DNA from: an uncultured archaeon
GTDB lineage: Archaea > Asgardarchaeota > Lokiarchaeia > Sigyniarchaeales > SOKP01
Length of the DNA stretch: 12,138 nt
Direction of reading: 5' to 3'
Assembly (NCBI GenBank): GCA_964525635.1
Contig: CAZGJX010000038.1
Span: forward strand, 23,120 to 35,257
The position numbers and the translations under genes are program-made. Positions 7,704 to 12,138 of the stretch are shown piece by piece. The stretch's first letter is position 1, and every line of letters begins with the position of its first letter. A model generated the notes under the pieces. That model saw only the letters and a program-made list of their open reading frames with translations, was not told where the DNA came from and did not search any database.

Positions 7704-9407
7704 TTATTTCTCTATTGAATCTATTAATGATTCAATTTTACTTTGAATAACTTCTGGTTTTTCGGCCTCTTCATTTTTAAGGGCTAGTTTTTTCTCGATA
7801 CTTTCTCTATGCACAGTATTCATAGCACAAAAAGGTACTTCTCTTATCTTAGAAGGATCATCTGGATCTACCACTCCATAATGAACAAGGCAATGCTTTA
7901 CTCTGTTTAAATCAAAATTATATGCATCTTGGAAATGCATAGCACTAATTAATAAATTCCGAGCATGTAGAAAATTACCAGCAGAATCTAAACTTGGATT
8001 AAATACTAATCTAACAAATGATTGATAAGTTTTACTGGTAAAGATTTTTTGAGGATTTTTAATATATTTCGCCAATCCCGCAAAGAAATAAGCTTTCATC
8101 GATTGACGATATCCAATATTTGTTACATTATCAACAAACTTACCAACCTTCTCAGCAAAACTGCCAAATTTGGATAGATCAAATCCTTTTATCCACTCAG
8201 TCGGTTTAGGAATTTCTTTATTATATACCATATTATAAACTTTATTTGCCCATCCAATTAAACCTTCAACATCGAAATATTCTTCTATTTTATCCCATTC
8301 TCCTTTTTCATTTATAACACAAATCGTTGCAAAACCACAATCTTTATGGCTAAGCATAGACCATTCAGGTTTATTATCAAACCATGCTAGCAATTTAGTT
8401 AATTTTCCAGTAGTGGCAATTGGATAGAACTTGTGTATGGCGCCATTTGTATGTTTATTTATTGCAACTTTCAGATCAGAAGTAGTAAATCTTAAATTCA
8501 TTAATTCTTCAAAACTTATTCTTCCACAGAGAGAAACAGGTTGAAAAACAACTCCTGAAATAACATCTGCATTATCTTTAGCATAATCTAGAATATTTCC
8601 TATTTGATGGTCATTTACACCTTTAGCAACAGTTGGAACAAGCATTACACCATATTGTCCTACATTTCTACAATGTTCAATTACTTTTTGCTTTAAAGGC
8701 CATAGATTTACACCTCTTATTTTCTTCCAGGTTTCTGGATCATCAGTAGCATCGAATTGTAAATATATGGCGTCAACTCCCGCATTATGTAATTTTCTAG
8801 TATATTCTAAAGATTTACCCATTCTCACTCCATTAGTAGAGACCATTACTTCAATAAAACCCATTTCCTTCCCCCTTCTAATCAGTTCAGGCAAATCTTC
8901 TCTAATAGTAGGCTCTCCTCCCGCAAATTGAAGCATAGGAGCTGGATGAGGTCTCATTGATCGAAAATGTTCCATAATTCTAATAATGTCATCAAAAGAA
9001 GGCTCAACAACATATCCCTTGGCACTTGCATTTGCAAAACATATTGGACATGCAAGATTACAACGATTTGTTATATCAATCAAACATATACAAGGTGCAG
9101 ATTGATGATTCTCACATATACCACAATCATATGGGCACCCGTTTTTAGTTGGTTTTATCCCAGAACACACATAATCTGGCTTTGTAGTGTTATTCTTAGT
9201 TGATCCAATTTCATCCGTAAATGTTTGGGCCCATTTGTATTCTTCTGGATTTATTGAAATTTTATCTTTGAAATCACCATGATCCTTACAATTTTTCCTC
9301 ATCATTACCCAGTTTGTCTTTGGATCGATATAAATATCAGCTGGAATTTGTTGTAGGCATTCAGGACATAAGCTTGTCGTTGTCCGTATAATTTCTTCTT
9401 TTATCAT
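7704..9407 (-). CDS. tes: Tetraether lipid synthase / GDGT-macrocyclic archaeol synthase (MJ0619-family radical SAM)
   Basis: N-terminal CPEC...CKDH metal site, CPYDCGICENH auxiliary cluster motif, radical SAM CNLACPIC, GGEPT, YLQFD, HKDCG, and C-terminal MHFQDAYNFDL.RV..C.VHY and VPFCAMN. Confidence 0.88.
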   Translation of the reverse strand: MIKEEIIRTTTSLCPECLQQIPADIYIDPKTNWVMMRKNCKDHGDFKDKISINPEEYKWAQTFTDEIGSTKNNTTKPDYVCSGIKPTKNGCPYDCGICENHQSAPCICLIDITNRCNLACPICFANASAKGYVVEPSFDDIIRIMEHFRSMRPHPAPMLQFAGGEPTIREDLPELIRRGKEMGFIEVMVSTNGVRMGKSLEYTRKLHNAGVDAIYLQFDATDDPETWKKIRGVNLWPLKQKVIEHCRNVGQYGVMLVPTVAKGVNDHQIGNILDYAKDNADVISGVVFQPVSLCGRISFEELMNLRFTTSDLKVAINKHTNGAIHKFYPIATTGKLTKLLAWFDNKPEWSMLSHKDCGFATICVINEKGEWDKIEEYFDVEGLIGWANKVYNMVYNKEIPKPTEWIKGFDLSKFGSFAEKVGKFVDNVTNIGYRQSMKAYFFAGLAKYIKNPQKIFTSKTYQSFVRLVFNPSLDSAGNFLHARNLLISAMHFQDAYNFDLNRVKHCLVHYGVVDPDDPSKIREVPFCAMNTVHRESIEKKLALKNEEAEKPEVIQSKIESLIDSIEK

Positions 9408-9638
9408 AAAGTAAATTACACATCTTTATTTGAAGTTATTAAAATATATTTAGATAAAATATTGTTTAAACAAATAATTAATTCTTTTTTAAAAAGACTT
9501 TTGTTAAATCTAATACGATGGTTAATATTATTTAATTTACTTTTAAACAATTTACTTTTTTAATATTAGTCTCAAGCTTATTTTACATATATATTATCAT
9601 TATAAATCAAATATACAAAACTCTATATTATGATTTCC

Positions 9639-9651
9639 ATGATACTATCAT
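9639..9651. promoter_or_regulatory. Perfect 13-bp palindrome, candidate transcription-factor operator
   Basis: ATGATA-C-TATCAT in the divergent intergenic region upstream of tes. Confidence 0.25.
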
Positions 9652-9728
9652 TTTAAAATACCATTTTTAAGAGTAAAAAAAAGAAATGATTGCTTAAATG
9701 CAATTATATTTATCATCATGTATAAAAG

Positions 9729-9894
9729 GAGACTCCAGTCATCGAACCTTAGGATAAGGTCAAAAATGTAAAAGGGGAAAGAATATTATCCCAGTAATAT
9801 GCTGTGATAACCAGTGTATATAATACACTAACCAAAAGAAAAAAATCCAGAGTGTGGTTGGAGTCTTATTAGAATTTTCGCTTTTTGACCTATT
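9729..9894 (+). ncRNA. Candidate structured non-coding RNA with two crossing long helices and two internal hairpins
   Basis: P1 9730-9742 pairs with 9854-9866 (13 bp, 3 G-U). P2 9757-9766 pairs with 9882-9891 (10 perfect bp, extendable). Hairpins at 9786-9810 and 9813-9829. About 35% GC against about 12% in the downstream flank (hand count). No credible ORF; T-rich tract follows. Confidence 0.5.
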
Positions 9895-10074
9895 ATTTTT
9901 ATTGGTTCTTTATTATTAAAAAATAATAATTATTATTAATTCTTATTATTAACTTTATATAATAAATAAGATTCACTAAAAATCGCATTCAAACATTATT
10001 ATAATAATAAAAAAAATAGGTAATTATAATCATAATAATTAAAAAATTTCTCAAATAAGAAAAAAGTGAAGAAT

Positions 10075-10473
10075 ATGGAAGAAAAAGATCTAAGAAAGGA
10101 TAGAGAAGAACCAGAATTTAAGATTGATTCAATAACATTTGTATTTAGTATTATAGGTTTTTCAGTCGCATGGATAAACATGTATTTGATGACAATCACT
10201 CCAAAAATGGGGAGTGAAATATGGAACACAACCGTTTTGGCGTATTTATCTATTATCTTTACGACCACGATACCTTGTATTATTATAGGATTGAAAAATA
10301 GAATTTGGGCTTATGGATATGTTATTGGATTTGCAGGTGCGGGAATCCCTTTTGCATTTAACGAGATATTTATTGGACTATATACTTTCTCAGTAACATT
10401 ATTAATCTTTGCAATAATGTATTTAATTTTTTGGAAAGCTTGGAGATCTTTAAGTTCGATTAAAACGGTTTGA
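10075..10473 (+). CDS. Small integral membrane protein (about 4 TM helices), unknown function
   Basis: Charged N-terminus followed by four hydrophobic segments and a basic tail (WKAWRSLSSIK). ATG at 10075 preferred over GTG at 10066. Confidence 0.8.
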   Translation: MEEKDLRKDREEPEFKIDSITFVFSIIGFSVAWINMYLMTITPKMGSEIWNTTVLAYLSIIFTTTIPCIIIGLKNRIWAYGYVIGFAGAGIPFAFNEIFIGLYTFSVTLLIFAIMYLIFWKAWRSLSSIKTV

Positions 10474-10541
10474 AACTAAATACTTTATATCTAATAAATT
10501 TAAAATAAAGGAGATATTGTTTTTTTAAAAAAAATTAAAAA

Positions 10542-11003
10542 TTAGGATAGAATTTGTATATCTTCGAAGATTACATCAATTACTTTTTCAATTAATAAAA
10601 ATCTGCGCTTAACTTCATCTATATCTTCATGGGCTAAATCATCTCCTATGATAAACGCCTCATAATAACAATCTTTTACCTCATAACATAATCCTGTTAT
10701 ATGTAAAACATATTTCCTTAAATCTAATTCCTTTAATACGTCAGAGATCCCATTTACTAAATTTGGAGAGAATTCTTCTAATTTAATAAGAATTTTTTTT
10801 ACTATTTTTGTTTTTGTGGGAAAACAATTTATTTTTAAAACATCTTCTCGTGATATAAAAATAAGCAAATAAAATGGTGCATCAAAAACTTCCTCTTTAA
10901 TTTCATTAGGAAATATATTATTAGTCTTTAATTCATTATTATCTATTATTAACCCTGTAGAAATTTTCTTTTTTTTTATTTCTTCTTTTTCTTCTTCAAT
11001 CAT
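10542..11003 (-). CDS. Hypothetical protein with a probable C-terminal ACT-like (ferredoxin-fold) domain
   Basis: 153-aa ORF. Beta-alpha-beta-beta-alpha-beta pattern from KKILIKL to VIDVIFE, containing HITGLC-x4-CYYE. Confidence 0.6.
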   Translation of the reverse strand: MIEEEKEEIKKKKISTGLIIDNNELKTNNIFPNEIKEEVFDAPFYLLIFISREDVLKINCFPTKTKIVKKILIKLEEFSPNLVNGISDVLKELDLRKYVLHITGLCYEVKDCYYEAFIIGDDLAHEDIDEVKRRFLLIEKVIDVIFEDIQILS

Positions 11004-11262
11004 ATGATTTCATCGAACAATTGTTAAATTAATTAATATTAAATAATTAATTTAACTTTAATTTATTTTTTTCTTATTTAAGATTTTTTTCTTTTTTTTT
11101 TAAAATCATATCATATTTCAAAAAAATAACCTTTAATAGATCCATATTATTTCGATACTACGATAATATTATTCATATTTTTTATTTAAGCTACGTATTT
11201 TTTAATAAATCTGAAATAGATTTTTTGTTTTTCATCTAATAGAAGAAAAAAGTTATAGAACC

Positions 11263-11787
11263 ATGCCATTTAGAAATAGAAAAAATGAATATTATAACTC
11301 CTTTGGTTTTGAAACAAATAATCTTGGTAATTATAATATAAATACAAATAGATTTCATGTGATCTATTTTGTCGATTATATTACAGGATCATTGTTATTA
11401 AGTAATAAATACTCTCAAAAATCAAAAATATGTAATTATGATGAAGATTTAATTAGTAGTTTCTTAAATGCTATAAATCTATTTATAAATGAATTAAATG
11501 AGAATGATAAACTTGAAGAGGAGATCCAAGAAATTAATTTTCGAGATTCAAGAATCTTATATGAAAGAAAAGGACGTTTAATGGTTATAGGTATTTCAAA
11601 AAAAACCAATCTTTTAACTGAAAGAAAAATACTTCAAAATATATTAATCGATTTTTATTCTCGTTTTAAAAATAAGATAGAACATTTTAATGGAGTAATT
11701 GATGTAGAGATGTTAAATTATAGAGCATTCCTAAATGATTTAGATTTGGATACCTTATCTAGAATTGATATTCATAGAAAATTATAA
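11263..11787 (+). CDS. Longin-like domain protein (Asgard type)
   Basis: VIYFVD..TGSLL hairpin, DEDLISSFLNAINLFINE helix, three strands (IQEINF, RILYER, LMVIGIS), and L..I...FY.RF...I..FNG helix. This is the beta-beta-alpha-beta-beta-beta-alpha-alpha longin order. Confidence 0.75.
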   Translation: MPFRNRKNEYYNSFGFETNNLGNYNINTNRFHVIYFVDYITGSLLLSNKYSQKSKICNYDEDLISSFLNAINLFINELNENDKLEEEIQEINFRDSRILYERKGRLMVIGISKKTNLLTERKILQNILIDFYSRFKNKIEHFNGVIDVEMLNYRAFLNDLDLDTLSRIDIHRKL

Positions 11788-11809
11788 AAAATTAAATTAG
11801 AATTACAAT

Positions 11810-12136
11810 TTATTCGTTTTTCTGATCCTCTTTCTTTTCAATGTCAGGTTCTATTTTTTTTCCAATTCCTTCGATATCGGGTTTAATATTCATGCGAGCC
11901 TCATCCATTTCTCTCTTTTTCTCGATGAGAAAACTCTTCTCTCCTACTGATTTTTCAATTAATTTTGACGTCCCTTCGATATCAGGTTTAATTTGTGATC
12001 TCTGCTCATCTTGTTCTTTTTTTTTGTCAATAAGAAAACTCTTCTCTCCTACTGATTTTTCAATTAATTTTGAAGTCCCTTCAATATCAGGTTTAATTTG
12101 TGATCTCTGCTCATCTTGTTCTTTTTTTTTGTCAAT
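11810..12136 (-). CDS. 3' end of a charged 35-aa tandem-repeat protein (5'-truncated; not in the ORF track)
   Basis: Open frame of 108 codons to TAA at 11812-11810: (IDKKKEQDEQRSQIKPDIEGTSKLIEKSVGEKSFL)x2 then IEKKREMDEARMNIKPDIEGIGKKIEPDIEKKEDQKNE*. Confidence 0.88.
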   Translation of the reverse strand: MDKKKEQDEQRSQIKPDIEGTSKLIEKSVGEKSFLIDKKKEQDEQRSQIKPDIEGTSKLIEKSVGEKSFLIEKKREMDEARMNIKPDIEGIGKKIEPDIEKKEDQKNE

Positions 12137-12138
12137 AA
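11867..12138 (-). repeat. 105-bp coding tandem repeat (2 near-identical copies plus 1 degenerate partial copy; likely continues beyond the window)
   Basis: Copies 12032-12136 and 11927-12031 differ at only 3 positions, all synonymous (ATT/ATC, ACT/ACG, CTT/CTC). Degenerate copy at 11867-11926. Confidence 0.95.

Noticed and set aside
8967-9203. 78-aa + strand ORF from the track
   Set aside because: Wholly antisense to the conserved radical SAM core of tes; no recognisable motif; shadow ORF.
9698-9771. Tiny + strand ORFs MQLYLSSCIKGDSSHRTLG* (9698-9757) and MYKRRLQSSNLRIRSKM* (9718-9771)
   Set aside because: Too short to support and matching no family I recognise (not L41e). A leader-peptide role cannot be excluded without ribosome profiling.
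9731-9865. Replication-origin (ORB) reading of the TCCAG motifs and AAAAGGGG in AT-rich DNA
   Set aside because: The ORB spacing TCCAG-x2-GAAA-x-G-string is not met and no orc1/cdc6 gene is in the window; RNA-type pairing explains the island better.
9911-9952. AATAATAATTATTATT palindrome and TAT/AAT iterations
   Set aside because: Low-complexity AT sequence in which such symmetry is expected by chance.
9999-10268. 89-aa - strand ORF from the track
   Set aside because: Antisense shadow of the membrane-protein gene, running into low-complexity AT DNA.
11144-11169. Imperfect inverted repeat ATATTAT...ATAATAT between the ACT-like and longin genes
   Set aside because: Arms are short and AT-only; not distinguishable from background.
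11867-12138. CRISPR array or non-coding repeat reading of the terminal repeats
   Set aside because: Units are contiguous with no unique spacers, 105 bp long, in frame, and differ only at synonymous sites.

Overview
Very AT-rich archaeal window, most consistent with an Asgard archaeon of the Lokiarchaeia type. This is inferred from the co-occurrence of a Rab-like small GTPase, a V4R/Bet3-like protein, a longin-like protein and a tetraether synthase-type radical SAM enzyme. Gene order: 3' end of an unknown gene (+); class I/II aminotransferase (-); a tight minus-strand cluster PPC/DUF296 > V4R > Rab-like GTPase; MoxR-type AAA+ ATPase (+); Gfo/Idh/MocA oxidoreductase (-); 662-aa protein with a TraB/TIKI/YehM-like N-terminus (+); Tes/GDGT-MAS radical SAM enzyme (-); a ~660-bp intergenic region holding an unannotated, GC-enriched, pseudoknot-like structured element (about 9729-9894, +); small membrane protein (+); ACT-like protein (-); longin-like protein (+); and the 3' end of a protein built of 35-aa (105-bp) tandem repeats (-). 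The best leads are the candidate structured ncRNA, the V4R-Rab gene pair (possible proto-TRAPP/Rab module), the AAA+/TraB-like pair and the repeat protein. All family calls come from reading motifs by eye; no searches were run.
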